Below the pieces are notes generated by a model that was not told the DNA's origin, made no database searches, and was given only the letters and a program-made list of their open reading frames with translations. DNA of 62,603 nucleotides, counting the filler, from Rhabdomonas costata (taxonomy: Eukaryota), in assembly GCA_019059605.1 (NCBI GenBank). It is 44 parts of 44 records of this genome, joined end to end, with 100 filler letters (N's around TTAATTAATTAA, not from the genome) between each part and the next. Parts side by side here need not be neighbours in the genome. Positions count along the whole stretch, not along the records: positions 49,883 to 51,207 come from JAHMHO010019363.1; positions 51,308 to 52,632 come from JAHMHO010019364.1; positions 52,733 to 54,057 come from JAHMHO010019365.1; positions 54,158 to 55,482 come from JAHMHO010019366.1; positions 55,583 to 56,906 come from JAHMHO010019367.1; positions 57,007 to 58,330 come from JAHMHO010019368.1; positions 58,431 to 59,754 come from JAHMHO010019369.1; positions 59,855 to 61,178 come from JAHMHO010019370.1; 36 more parts are not named here. One strand, 5' to 3'. Made by a program: the position numbers and the translations under genes. Within the stretch, counting starts at the first letter, position 1; the number at the start of each line of letters is the position of its first letter. This document shows, one piece after another, positions 51,148 through 62,603 of the stretch.

Positions 51148-51316
51148 CGTTCACAACAACAACTGCAACAGCTACAGTCCACACACTCTACCTCCCTCTG
51201 GATTTTGNNNNNNNNNNNNNNNNNNNNNNNNNNNNNNNNNNNNNNNNNNNNTTAATTAATTAANNNNNNNNNNNNNNNNNNNNNNNNNNNNNNNNNNNNN
51301 NNNNNNNGTTGGGTGG

Positions 51317-51453
51317 TGATTCTTTCAAAAGGGGCATCTCATACTCGGGTGGTTCTTTCAGGTGGAGATGGCACCTGGGCAGGAACGTGCGCAAACTGCT
51401 CAATTCACCGGAAAGAACCACCCGAGTATGAGATGCCCCTTTTGAAAGAATCA
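51317..51453. repeat. Contig-terminal inverted repeat (43-bp perfect arms)
   Basis: 51317-51359 is the exact reverse complement of 51411-51453. Confidence 0.95.
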
Positions 51454-52806
51454 TCAGCCAAAGAGCGTATACCCAACTTTCATTTTTTTTGGAGGCATGC
51501 AGGTCTGGGTTCCCACAGCAGCATGGCGGCAGAGCGAAAAAAAAGCAGTAGCAACAGCCGTGAAAATGGCCGCGGAAGGGAGAGTGAGGGAACATGAACT
51601 GAGCAGAAGAACAGAAAACTTGCTCAGAAGTGAACAAGCAAAAAACGATCGGTGCTCAGAACAAAGGGCGACCAGCGACTTCACAAGGAAAGGAAAATTT
51701 CCTTGCGGGTGAGGCACAAACCAGGGTGTCGGGGGCCTTCTTCGGGGGACCTTCAGCAGCTTGGTTCGGCTCCGAAACGGACTTTCTCCTGTTGCTGTAG
51801 GCCTCCATACGTGACAAAAACCTGTCACAGTCCCAGTGAATCATCGAAGGACACGTTACGAAGAAATCACCCTCCTTTACGTTCCCAGTCTATAATCACA
51901 CAGAACCGCGGTTGATGGGAACAGTGACGACGAGGACAATACCAAATATCTATATATCATTATCGACAATTTTGTTTCATGGCAAGGCATCATTGAAAAC
52001 AGATCAAGAAAACCTCAATTTGTAAACTACAGTCTAAGTACCAGGCCATCCTTTGTCCAAAATCAGAATCCGAACAAGTTCAGAAACACCCTCGCATTCC
52101 ACTGTGCACTGGATGGTATTTCTACAAAAATTGCACAAAGTGTTATACCCTCCAAATCGCTGTTAAGTGGAAAAGTGTGTGATACATTCATTGCTAAATT
52201 TGTGAACTCACACACGTCCTCAGAAATTTCCGTTCTACCTGATGATGAAGCCCATCCTTCTCCTTCCTGGTCTGCGCACCTTGAAGTGCGTTTCCATTTC
52301 CCCGTTTGAACTCCTAGGGTTAGGGCCGTTCGTATCACATGCTAAAATTCCCCGCTCGGGAGACCTTCCCAAAGCCCCGGACCCTGAAATTCTGTTTAAA
52401 AAATAGCAATAGTCCAAATGATAGCAGAAAACCCAGAAAGTGATGGATAGTGCCGAAAGACTGAAGCACTTACAGCCGAGTATAGCCGAGCACACATGGA
52501 GCTACAGCAATCCGGAAGGGGAGTTATCGATTAGCACTGCTAAATGGGAATACTCTGTATTCTGCCCCCTCTCCTAAATGCGACAATAGCAACACTGAAA
52601 AAGACTGACTCGTTATGTCGAAACACACAACCNNNNNNNNNNNNNNNNNNNNNNNNNNNNNNNNNNNNNNNNNNNNTTAATTAATTAANNNNNNNNNNNN
52701 NNNNNNNNNNNNNNNNNNNNNNNNNNNNNNNNGTTGGGGTTGTGGTTGGTGGTTGGTGGTGAAGCATTTGGGGGGAAAGAATGGAGGGTCGGGGCTTTGC
52801 CATCAG

Positions 52807-53991
52807 AGGTACCCTCTGAGCAGCGCTGAGCTTCTCGGGGTGTGGCAGGGGCTCCCGCCGGGGACGGGGGTGGCCGCTCTGGCGCTGTCCATTGCGGCGC
52901 AGGCCGCGGCTGTGCTACACCGGCTCAGCCTGGCCGAGGGCCTGCCAGTGTGCGTGGAGGGCGGTTTTGTGCGCAACACGGGCTTCCTGGTGGCCCTGCA
53001 GGCGTTCTGCCCCAAGGTCTGTTTTTCGTTCTTCTTTCCTTGCAGGCATCAGTTCTTGTGGCCTGTCACCCTCTGTCATTGTAATGAGGGGGTTCTTATG
53101 GTTTGTTTGCCAGTCCCTGGATGGTGTCATGTTACTTTTTGGGGGAAGACACAAGCGAGTGCCACACCAACGAGACCAAGATGAAGGGCTCCACTTGCGT
53201 CTGCAGTGAAGGTGGGGAGGATGTGATGAAGGAGACGGAGTGACGAGCAATGGATGGGATCACCCCTGAAGTGACATGGGGGGGGGGACAACAAAGGCAG
53301 TGAATCATCCCCCAAAGCTGTTCCCGACAGGGTGTTTTCCATACAAACTGGCACAGGTTTGTGTCCCCTGCACTTGAATCTTTGCTCGGCGTTTCTCCAC
53401 CAAACGGGCACACGCCTCGGGAGACAGAACTCTCTGGATGCAATCGTAGCCTGGTAAGGGTGCCATGCCTTGTTTCTGAGCACTGGCGGATAATACCAGT
53501 TCCACCAGGAGGTACAACAGAGCATTGAAATGAGTTGGAGTCCATCGGCAGGTTTTTACGCCATTGACGAAAAATAGACATTGACAACACATCCTAACTC
53601 CAGATAAGTTCCTGGGTAGTCCCCTCCTGGTCCCTTCTGCACGTGGAGGACCGCGGTGTAGTCATTTTTGTTCACTCCTTTGTCAGGGTGTGTTACCTAT
53701 TTTGTCGTGAACGGTGCTTCGTCTGATATTCTCTAAACTGTGTCACTTGCTCCGACTTTTGCACAGCTGTGCCCACTGTGCCCCCACTTTCTCTGTCTGA
53801 TGTTTGTATTTTTGTCATGTACATGCCCACCTGTGGTGCCGGTTTGGAAGTGGTTGTTCTTTTTTTTTGCGCAGTTGAAAGTGAAAGTCAGTGGGCTGGA
53901 GCAGGCCACGGCGGTGGGGACCGCCCTGCTGGCCGTGTCTGCCATGCGGAAGGCCCCTGTGGAGACCCTGGGGGAAGTGTTTTCAATGCAG
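52807..53991 (+). CDS. FGGY-family carbohydrate kinase, C-terminal domain exons
   Basis: Exon 52807-53016 (LSIAAQ...VCVEGGFVRN..FL..L) and exon 53875-53991 (EQATAVGTALLA), phase 0 GT-AG. Confidence 0.75.
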
Positions 53992-55589
53992 GTGGACTGT
54001 CCTTTCCTCTCTATCGCTGGGTACCAAACTCTGCTCATTGCTCCCCTCACACACACCNNNNNNNNNNNNNNNNNNNNNNNNNNNNNNNNNNNNNNNNNNN
54101 NTTAATTAATTAANNNNNNNNNNNNNNNNNNNNNNNNNNNNNNNNNNNNNNNNNNNNGTGGTGGGTGTGTTTGGGTTTGTGTGTCTTTCGTTTCGCTGTG
54201 GCTTTTCGTTCGTTTGCGTTGCTCGGATTCTCAAGGACCTTTCGCGCCTGATTTGGGTAGGTTCACCCGAGGGCAGCAGCCTGAAGCCCAACTCAGCTGG
54301 TCATCTCGAAGGAGAGGCGTGGGTTACCACCAACTGTGTGCCACCTGGAATCGTAAGGCGTTGGCGTAGGCAAATGGCAGGAGACTCCAGAAACCCCAGA
54401 AGTGCTCCGTTTAAGTGGTGCGAGTTTCAGGTTTATCGGCATAATAACAATGGGGGCACAATCACATTTCTCCTCACACTGACTTTCAAAAAAGACGTCT
54501 GGGGTGCAGCGGATAGAATCTTCTTGCTTCTTGGGGGTGAATGGGGTTCCGAATTCGAAATGGTCCGATTTTTGGTTATCTAAGGAATAAGAGGAAGGGG
54601 GAGACAAAATCCCGGTAAAATACAGTTTCTTCGCTCACCCCTTTATAGCCGTAGTCCGAATCTGCGTGATTTAGAGCGCAAATTGTTTCGGTTTCGACTT
54701 CTTCCAGCGACGCGGCAATAAATTTTCTCTCTATTGGATTGTGCTCCTTTGGGGGAGGGACTGTACCGTTGGTTGTGTGATTATGCATGTTCCCTTCCAC
54801 TGCCGTGCTCCCTGCTTCTTTTAGGTATGCATTCCTTCGAAACCTCATTTTTCAGAATTGGTGAGTTGTGAGTGAGATGCCATATGAGAGGTAATTTTTT
54901 TCCTGTGCGCCCCAGCATTCAGAGTACAAAGCGCTCCCGAAAGCAGCCCAAGCCAGGACGCAAGCTGCGCTGAGGGATTTTGTGGTACGACGATCCATGG
55001 ACACGATGCAGCAGAATCTTTGTGAGTTGACAGATGCGTCTGCTTTTCTCGAAGCCATGTGGAAAAGACGGAAAAGACGGAAAAGACATCCGTCCCTATC
55101 ATGATTGCGACCCATATTGTCGTCAAGGGAAAAAGCAACCATGAGTGGGGATCACTGGAAAACCTCCTCCTTTTTGGGACCGCCAAGGAAAAGGTTCTCA
55201 GTGGCGAGGTCCAGGCCCATCACTTCTTTCCAAAGGGCGCAAATATTTCGATTGTTGAACCCTTCAAGGAGTTTTTTGATGGCCATCGTGAGATTCGTGT
55301 GGACTCTCCGTGTGACGTTCGTTTAGGATATGTCCCGACGCACTTGTCCATTGGAGTGGCTCGCACTCAAGGCAACAAGGCTTGTCGTCGGCATTGAAAG
55401 TTTACGAAAGCGGTCTTCCTCGGAAGGAACTTGAGCTGCTAGTTGACTTGATGGCTAGCAGAGCTCAAGCAACCCCCCCACCNNNNNNNNNNNNNNNNNN
55501 NNNNNNNNNNNNNNNNNNNNNNNNNNTTAATTAATTAANNNNNNNNNNNNNNNNNNNNNNNNNNNNNNNNNNNNNNNNNNNNGTGGGTT

Positions 55590-56399
55590 TTGGGCTTCGC
55601 AATGTCTGCAGATCACGTCAAATCAGGTCTCGCTCTTTTGCTGCTTGTTCGTCAGGTGGCAGCTACTGACCCAGCCTTCATCGAAGCAACGCCAGATGTC
55701 AAGCAGGTCCTCCTGGAGTCGCTCGCCCTCCTGCATGCCCTTGCGCAGGGCATCGCGGTATGGTACGCGCCATTCGGTCGTCGGGCCGCGGCCGCCGCAA
55801 TGCTGCGCTTGACCATTGAGCCCGTTGTTGAAGCATGGTATGGGAAAGCGGGGACTGCGGCAGTTCGCCAAGCCCAGGACCGTGTGAAGCAGCAGAGCCG
55901 TGCGGCGTATTCGGCCATGAAAGCAGCCCATCGCAACGGGAGCACTGCGGGGGGTAGCTTTCTTGCGACGGTGTTTGACTACTGCATCCGCCCTCCGCTG
56001 TTGCGCAATGGAAGCTCGCAGCGAGCGCAGGCTGTTCGTGACACGGATGCTGCCCGACACGTGTCGCCTGAGGTGTGGACAATGGAGCAATGGTCCGCTG
56101 CAGTCAGTGCCGAGCGAAAGCGCAGTAATCTGGCGGAGCGAATTTACCTCACTTTGGCCCAAGAGCGAGCAAAGCTTTTGGAGGGTTTGGCCGGAGGCTC
56201 CGACAACGTTCCCGTTGATAATCGTTTTTATGAGGCTGCCGTCTTGCCTGATTTTCAGCAGCATCCTGGGGATGTTTTTCTGGTTGCTGGGTATGAGAAT
56301 GATGCCGGTGAAGAGGCAGATGACCCGAACATGCCTTTTCGCAGCAAAGCTGACAAAGCTGCCGAGCTGCGTTCATCTCAATTTCTCGTTGGCGAGTAA
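55590..56399 (+). CDS. Uninterrupted ORF of about 269 aa, unknown protein (5' end may be truncated)
   Basis: One of the longest ORFs in the window, with protein-like composition and no recognised motif. Confidence 0.55.
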   Translation: MGFAMSADHVKSGLALLLLVRQVAATDPAFIEATPDVKQVLLESLALLHALAQGIAVWYAPFGRRAAAAAMLRLTIEPVVEAWYGKAGTAAVRQAQDRVKQQSRAAYSAMKAAHRNGSTAGGSFLATVFDYCIRPPLLRNGSSQRAQAVRDTDAARHVSPEVWTMEQWSAAVSAERKRSNLAERIYLTLAQERAKLLEGLAGGSDNVPVDNRFYEAAVLPDFQQHPGDVFLVAGYENDAGEEADDPNMPFRSKADKAAELRSSQFLVGE

Positions 56400-56705
56400 G
56401 GTGTCGCCAGGATCTGATATCTGCTTAGACTTTGCTGCATTTTTTATACTTCTGCATGCACGAGATAATACTTCTTTTGTACCCTGGACCCTGCTGGTTG
56501 TGCTTTTGTTGCTGGGTTTGAGCTTTGAGTTTAAGAAATGCGCCAAACCACAGTGGTCGTCCTGCAAATTTGATATGGCCATGAGTTTTTGCGGTTTCTC
56601 TAAAAGTATCACTAAGGTAAGAGGACAAAAAGACTGCAAGCGGTTTGTTCACAGAGATGCTTTGCCTTCCGATTCCTTTCGAGCGGACTTCTTCCTTCCT
56701 TTATC

Positions 56706-56902
56706 TTTTGTTTCTGGGACTCACCGAACGGAGCTTTCGAATCCACAGGGCCGATGATTTTGAGATGACTAAATCCATTTGAAACAGCTAGCCTGCTGGG
56801 CTGCGTGCTGCCTTTTTGCAGGAGGGAGGAGGGAGGAGCTGACCGGTCAACGAACGAAACGTTGGATTCGAAAGCTCCGTTCGGTGAGTCCCAGAAACAA
56901 AA
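56706..56902. repeat. Contig-terminal inverted repeat (40-bp perfect arms)
   Basis: 56706-56745 is the exact reverse complement of 56863-56902. Confidence 0.95.
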
Positions 56903-59098
56903 CACANNNNNNNNNNNNNNNNNNNNNNNNNNNNNNNNNNNNNNNNNNNNTTAATTAATTAANNNNNNNNNNNNNNNNNNNNNNNNNNNNNNNNNNNNNN
57001 NNNNNNGGGTGGGGTGGGGAATACAGCAGAGGTTCTGTTTGTGTTTGGCGTGTGCTCATTAGGAGAATCCCTCTGGAGGAGTCAATGCATTGCTGTATTA
57101 TACTTGGCTGTGAAATGCTTCCGTTGTTACGGCAACTGCTTCCATGCTACAACCACAAATCGAACAGAGGGCACAAAGATTTTCTCTTCAAAGTCCGAAA
57201 CTCGCACGACTCTCATCAGACCACCATATTATTACGGGAGCAGGAACGGTCTCCCGTGGGAGCAAGGTGGAAAGTCTGGAATCCGCGCTCCCAGTCGAAT
57301 GAGTTAAGTTGGCAACTCACCGATAGCAGTTGGGGTAGCAGCGCTTTTCTCCGACAGCTCGGCATTTCCCTTGCTTTTTGGTTGATGTGGCAGGTCCTTT
57401 TTGATTCCCCAAATGCGTTGCGCAACGCGGGGTTTGGAAAGGACCAAGTCACGTCCCTGCTGTGTGCACCCTCTCTTCCTCAGGCATCACCCACCTTTCT
57501 TTTGGTTTTTGCGGGGTGCTGCTTTTCGCTTTCACTTGCTGCTTTCCCTTCCTTGGTCTGTTGCTTCCACAGCAATGCGGTTTGTGAAATGAGCAGGGTC
57601 GTACAAACCTCAAAATTCAATGTGGCCGGAAAAACTTCCATTCCATTCCATTCAACGCCACGCAGTTCAAAGCTATAGGCTTTTTTTTTTTCGATCTGGG
57701 AGGTCAAAATCAAATTTCAATTCATAAAACCCTCAGAACCTCAGAACCTCAAACTCAATTTGGGACAATTCGAAGTTCAACAGGACAAAACGCTGCAAAG
57801 GTCGAAGGGAAATGCGTAAAGGATAAAAATATGAGCCTCTGCCGGTGGAACGGTCAAACATGAGTTGGTGGCTTTGGGTGACCTGCTCCAGTAGATGGAC
57901 AGGAGGGTTGCCCCTTGAGATGGTGCAAAGGAGCCCCTGGGAGTGATCCCAGTTGAAGCTGTTCGTTTCTTGCAGTTGCACACAGCTGGTGGCTTCAGTT
58001 TCGTCTCTGGTTTCCAGGGTTGAAATGTGAAACACAAGGCTGCCTGAAAACCTGTGGCTCTTCATTTCGGACGTTGTCAGTGAAATAACGTGCACATGAC
58101 GTGCAAACCTGCATGACAACAGCAGCAAAGTGCGTGATGAACAGTCGGCTTCTGTCCTCTGTGCACGCACAAGAACGGCCTCAATGACAAAGCTTCTAGC
58201 TCAGTCCGGCCAGCACTGAGCCAGGGGGCTGGAGTCAACCTTGGAGGTCAGCGAGCGTGCAGCGGCCCACAAAACATTTTTTTTGGTATTTCTGGGGGAA
58301 ACTGTGGGTTCCCTGTGCCCCCACCCACCCNNNNNNNNNNNNNNNNNNNNNNNNNNNNNNNNNNNNNNNNNNNNTTAATTAATTAANNNNNNNNNNNNNN
58401 NNNNNNNNNNNNNNNNNNNNNNNNNNNNNNGGTTTTGGGGTACCGGATTAATTCAGAATGTTGGAAACGAAAAGTCGTCTGGGAGACTACATTTAGATGG
58501 TGAATAGTGGATATTTGCTGGAATGTCTAGCAGCAGCCAGCGTTGATGCTCAATTCATTTCCATCTTCATCAAGAGTTGTGGCCGAGTCGTGAAAGACGA
58601 GGGCATCCGCCCACTGTATGGGTTCCCAAAATTCGAACAGAGCAAACTCGAGACTGCATCCCTGAGTGGCAGTCCAATCAATGAGTGGAAGAGCGCGTTC
58701 ACGCCAAATGTTCAGCGAGACTGTTGTTGTTGCTCGTCGCCAACGTTCACTCTCGATACATTTCCCACTCGAATTTCTCCCTTTTTTACTCACCTTCCGG
58801 TTGTAACTGGGCCCATTGGAAGCAGTGATAGGAGAAACGTATGTTGATTCCAGAATTGGCTGTCACTGAAGGGCTTTACGTGATGGTTTTAATCTGCTGA
58901 GGTTCGTTTAAGCCACCATCTGACGGTCGTGTCCGACGTCAGCAATCCGGCAGTCTCGCAAACAATGAAGAACTGCTCTAATGCAAGGACAGAGCGGGGA
59001 CGCATCGATTACGTGGAATTCCACTATCTTCACTTTCTTTTGTTGTTCACATCAGAAATTTTCTTCCAGCCCTTGTCGCTTTTTCCCGAACTACCACA

Positions 59099-59754
59099 AT
59101 GGGAGTGTTGGCTCCGAGCCTCGCCTGTGTGCTGATTCTCTCGGCTCTGGCTGTCACCCTTTTTACGGTGTCAGCTAACGAGGAACCTTTGGCAGGATAT
59201 TCCCACAACCCCGCTCACTCCTCTCACCACCACGACCACCACGACCACGACCACGACCACGACCACCACTACCATGAAGATGATTTGAACGTTGGGGACG
59301 ATCATCATCACCATCATCATCATCATCACCATGAGCATGGAGACCATCGTGGGCATTCCTGTGGGCACGACCACTCGCACGGATCGGTGAACCCAGAGCC
59401 CTTTCTCCTAAAGCGCCCCAAGGGGCCCGATGAGCTGGCGAGGGAGAGGGAGAAAGCCGCGGCCGATGCGGAGTACGCGTCATATGACGAGGAACCGGAG
59501 CTTCTGAGCCCTCCAGCAAAGGCTATTCTCAGCGCAGCTGTAGTGTCGTTTGTGCCACTGGTTGTGCTGGCTTTTCTGCCAGTTTACGTCGAGGTCACAG
59601 AGTCTTCAGACCAGGATTCCGTGCAAGGGAAAAAACCGGCTCCTGGCAATGAGAAGTTGGTGAAGGGGAAGGAGGAAGACGATGATAAAAGGAAGGTTAA
59701 GAACGGAGGCGAGAAGAAGGAGAAGGACAAGGAGAAGGATGAGCAGAAGGAGGA
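59099..59754 (+). CDS. ZIP7/KE4-like zinc transporter N-terminus (3' truncated)
   Basis: Signal peptide, long His/Asp-rich region ending SCGHDHSHG, then TM1 AILSAAVVSFVPLVVLAFLP as in SLC39A7-type proteins. Confidence 0.75.
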
Positions 59755-60488
59755 NNNNNNNNNNNNNNNNNNNNNNNNNNNNNNNNNNNNNNNNNNNNTT
59801 AATTAATTAANNNNNNNNNNNNNNNNNNNNNNNNNNNNNNNNNNNNNNNNNNNNAAACGGTCTTTTGGATTTTCGCATTTTCTTGGTGTTTGTCATCGAT
59901 GTTCGTGCGTGGACTGCAGAATTGGCGGCTTTCTCGGGCGAGAGTTGGGATTTTGGAGAAAAAGGTCCGATGTTCATTTTGCATCTGAACATTTTTAGAG
60001 GGGGCAAGGATCAGTATGTACTGACTCCGAAGAACGAAGGACAATATATGCAACGGAAAATATAAATTCCAATTCATTCTACAGATTCCAATTAAAATGG
60101 TTGTCCTCTACAAAGCCAGGGAAATCAAAATGAAGTGAGAGCACGATGATATGGGAACGGGAAATCTGGAGCGGGGATGTTTTTTACCCATCAGACAAAA
60201 GCAGCACAGAAATCCACAACACACAAATACTGGCGAGCTGTCAGCAGAGACAGACAGTGCGGAATGGTAGAACCGGTGAGAGCAAATATGCGAGGGAAAC
60301 AGGAGCCAAGACAGACAGACAGACAGAGAGAGAGCGCAGGAGAGGTTGGACTGAACAGCAAGAAAGAGAAAGGTGTGGATAGAGCACCCTATTGTTCATT
60401 CTCTGAAGCTCTCCACCACTCCCTTTCATTTGTGAATTACTTCCAAGGGGAGAAAGGGCAATAATGGTGGAGGCTGTCCCCTGCAGCA

Positions 60489-60994
60489 TTACGCCTGCTT
60501 CGGAGGCACCGTGAGACTGCTGAAGTAGACGACATCCCGGACGTCATCCCGCTGAAGCTTGGACCTCAGCTCCAGTGTCTGAGTAGGGCAGGGGGTGCGT
60601 CTCGAATGGGGCGAAAATGAGGTGCCAACAGAATGCTGATATGGTTCAACACTCAGCAGTTGTTTTACTTTCGTCTTGACGGTAGTGGAGTCGGGCACAG
60701 CCGGTTATCCTAAAGCAAACCTGGCCAGTTGACCTGTGGTTAGGTACGTTAGTTAAAGACAGAGAAGGAGCTGAAGGTACCACCCCCAGTAATGTTCTTG
60801 ACAAAGGACCACGTGTCGCTGTGCATTGCCGGTCAGCGGACCTGGGCGTTGGTCTTCAGCGAGGAGTTCATCAGAGTGCTGGACAGCGTGCGCGCGACCG
60901 CGAGGCGGACGTTGGGGACGCGGTCCGAGCCGAGCTCCAGGAACCCTGCGAGGAGCTCCTTCTCGAAGAACTGCACGCCGGGGTCCGTCATTTC
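60489..60994 (-). CDS. C-terminal HEAT repeats of a PP2A-A / PP4R1-like phosphatase regulatory subunit
   Basis: Exon 60994-60842 (LGSDRVPNVRLAVARTL) and terminal exon 60578-60489 (LQRDDVRDVVYF...stop), phase 0. Confidence 0.8.
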
Positions 60995-61294
60995 CTGAGT
61001 TCGCAAAAGGAGGTGAAGTGGAGTGATCTGGTGCATTTAGAGGGAGGGTGTTTCATAAAGACGGCACACACTAATACCTTATTATACGGTACAACAAGGA
61101 CATACGATATATCGTTGTTATTACGGCACAACAACAAGATACGGTGGTACTAATACTGATGGTACCACACCCCCACAANNNNNNNNNNNNNNNNNNNNNN
61201 NNNNNNNNNNNNNNNNNNNNNNTTAATTAATTAANNNNNNNNNNNNNNNNNNNNNNNNNNNNNNNNNNNNNNNNNNNNGTGCAGGGGGTCATGC

Positions 61295-62492
61295 CAGCAT
61301 CAGAGGGGACCACAGTCTTTGCTTGTGCAGCACGACTTGGCCTGACTCATGCGCGACAAAGGGGTGGGGGACCCTCTCCTCCTTCCTGAACAGCCTCCAG
61401 AACACTTCCAGCTCGTAGGGCTGCACACCACAAACGCACGAGAGAGAAGGGAGAAAACGCGACCCGCCGTCCTGCCCCGTTAGCGGGAGTCCACGCTGCC
61501 GACAGGTAAGCCTTGCAGACGCAATCCCGACATTGTATATGTCCTTCTCTCTCTGTGAAAAAAGTGCAGAAACGAAAAAACGAAAGATGAAGAAATGGCG
61601 ATGGCTTAGTCGCAGTTGAAGCAGCCGTGCCCGAACATTGCGCGTATTTGGTTTTTTCACCAGGAAAGGGGGATACCTGGTAGTACCAAAGGTCGGGCCA
61701 GATCAGCACCCCTGTGGCGCGGTACTCCGGGGTGTCCAACAGGGTGCCCGGGTCCTGCACAGGGTGACTGTCAGCGTCGATCATAATGACCTTGGAGTGA
61801 GCGAGTGAGTTTTTGGGAAAACATCCTTTGGAAGGACGGGGGACGTCTCTCACCTCTGACGGTGGCACGGAGTGTTGGGTGCACAGCGCATAGCACAAGG
61901 CGCATAGCGCGCTAGCAGTTGCCTGACTGACTGGACTAACGGGAGCACGCCTAGTTGGCCGCTGGTACTCACGAGAGGTATACCTTCCGAGGAGCGTGCC
62001 GCGGGGAACAGCTCGCTGCCCATGCATGCATACGTGCGGCCATGCGTTTTGTATATTCCTTTTCTTTTGCACTTTACCTGTGAGCTTGTGAGAAACAAAG
62101 CCCCAAGCGAAGTTCAGAGAAAAATACTAAGTGCGATTGCGATATGCCCCGATATGCCCCGATATGAATTTTATAGCCGGAGATAAGTCCCTGCCCACCA
62201 ATGTATGATATGTTTCATGGGAGTTCCCATAAGCCCACGATGCCCTCGCACACCGCCCAATGCGTCCTGCAAACGGAAAAGCACAGCGGGAGGGGGGGGG
62301 GGCAGAGACCTCCTCGAACTGCGAGAACAGCAACGCGGCGACCTTCAGCGCGAACTTCCGGAACACCTCGGGCGCGACCTCGTCCACGCTGCGGAACCGC
62401 ACCCCGTGCCGTGCCAGCCACTCCGCGCGCAGCTCTGTGGGGGGCTTCTCCTCCGCGGAGTGCCACAGCTCCAGAGGAAGGGAGCAACCCAC
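61295..62492 (-). CDS. Alpha-mannosyltransferase (GT71, Mnn2/Mnn5-like), three exons
   Basis: Exons 62492-62310 (GCSLPLELW...FALKVAALLFSQFEE), 61790-61677 (VIMIDADS...TGVLIWPDLW) and 61420-61295 (ESGQVVLHKQRLW), all phase 0. Confidence 0.88.
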
Positions 62493-62603
62493 CTGAGAGT
62501 GGAAATACGAGTGCGCGGGTCGTGGGTCACAGCCGACTGTTCGGTCTTCTATAGGTAGAGCCCGCCTCCCGAAACGATGCGTGAAGAGGAAACAAACAAA
62601 CAA

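Noticed and set aside
1324..61278. Regularly spaced TTAATTAATTAA repeats as a CRISPR-like or biological array
   Set aside because: They are always centred in 88 N and act as an artificial six-frame-stop joiner. ORFs ending XXX-LIN are artefacts of it.
34209..62603. Stop-codon reassignment to explain in-frame TAG/TGA after conserved segments
   Set aside because: Conserved exons contain no internal stops, the stops fall just after plausible donors, and TAA and TGA end genes normally at 60489 and 29347.
1..62603. rRNA, tRNA, spliced-leader RNA genes and euglenid nonconventional introns
   Set aside because: None recognised by eye. Every junction I could place was GT-AG or GC-AG. A covariance-model search and cDNA alignment would be needed to exclude them.

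Overview
This window is not a continuous locus. It is 44 unrelated contigs of about 1.32-1.33 kb joined by an artificial 100-nt spacer (44 N + TTAATTAATTAA + 44 N), so no gene-neighbourhood inference across spacers is valid. Many contig ends carry G/T-only tails resembling whole-genome-amplification primers, which points to an amplified, probably single-cell, sample. Most contigs come from an intron-rich eukaryote. By manual exon joining I recognise fragments of clathrin heavy chain, a DEAD-box helicase, an ABCB transporter, a ZIP7-like zinc transporter, an ACOT7-like thioesterase, a cytochrome-b5/acyl-CoA dehydrogenase, an S8 subtilase, GT10 and GT71 glycosyltransferases, a sphingolipid synthase, an FGGY kinase, a protein kinase, a PP2A-A/PP4R1-like HEAT protein, an ankyrin protein with one repeat per exon, and two Cache-type sensor proteins. 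Splice donors follow GTNYG, with several GC donors, which suggests a euglenozoan (euglenid-like) source; this is an inference. One contig is bacterial and holds a complete IS630 element. I found no clearly new multi-gene system. The best leads are the splice-site code, the intron-containing Cache receptors (one with an inverted next exon), the 99-nt ankyrin exons and several hairpin or repeat structures, many of which may be amplification artefacts. All protein family calls come from motif recall, not database searches.
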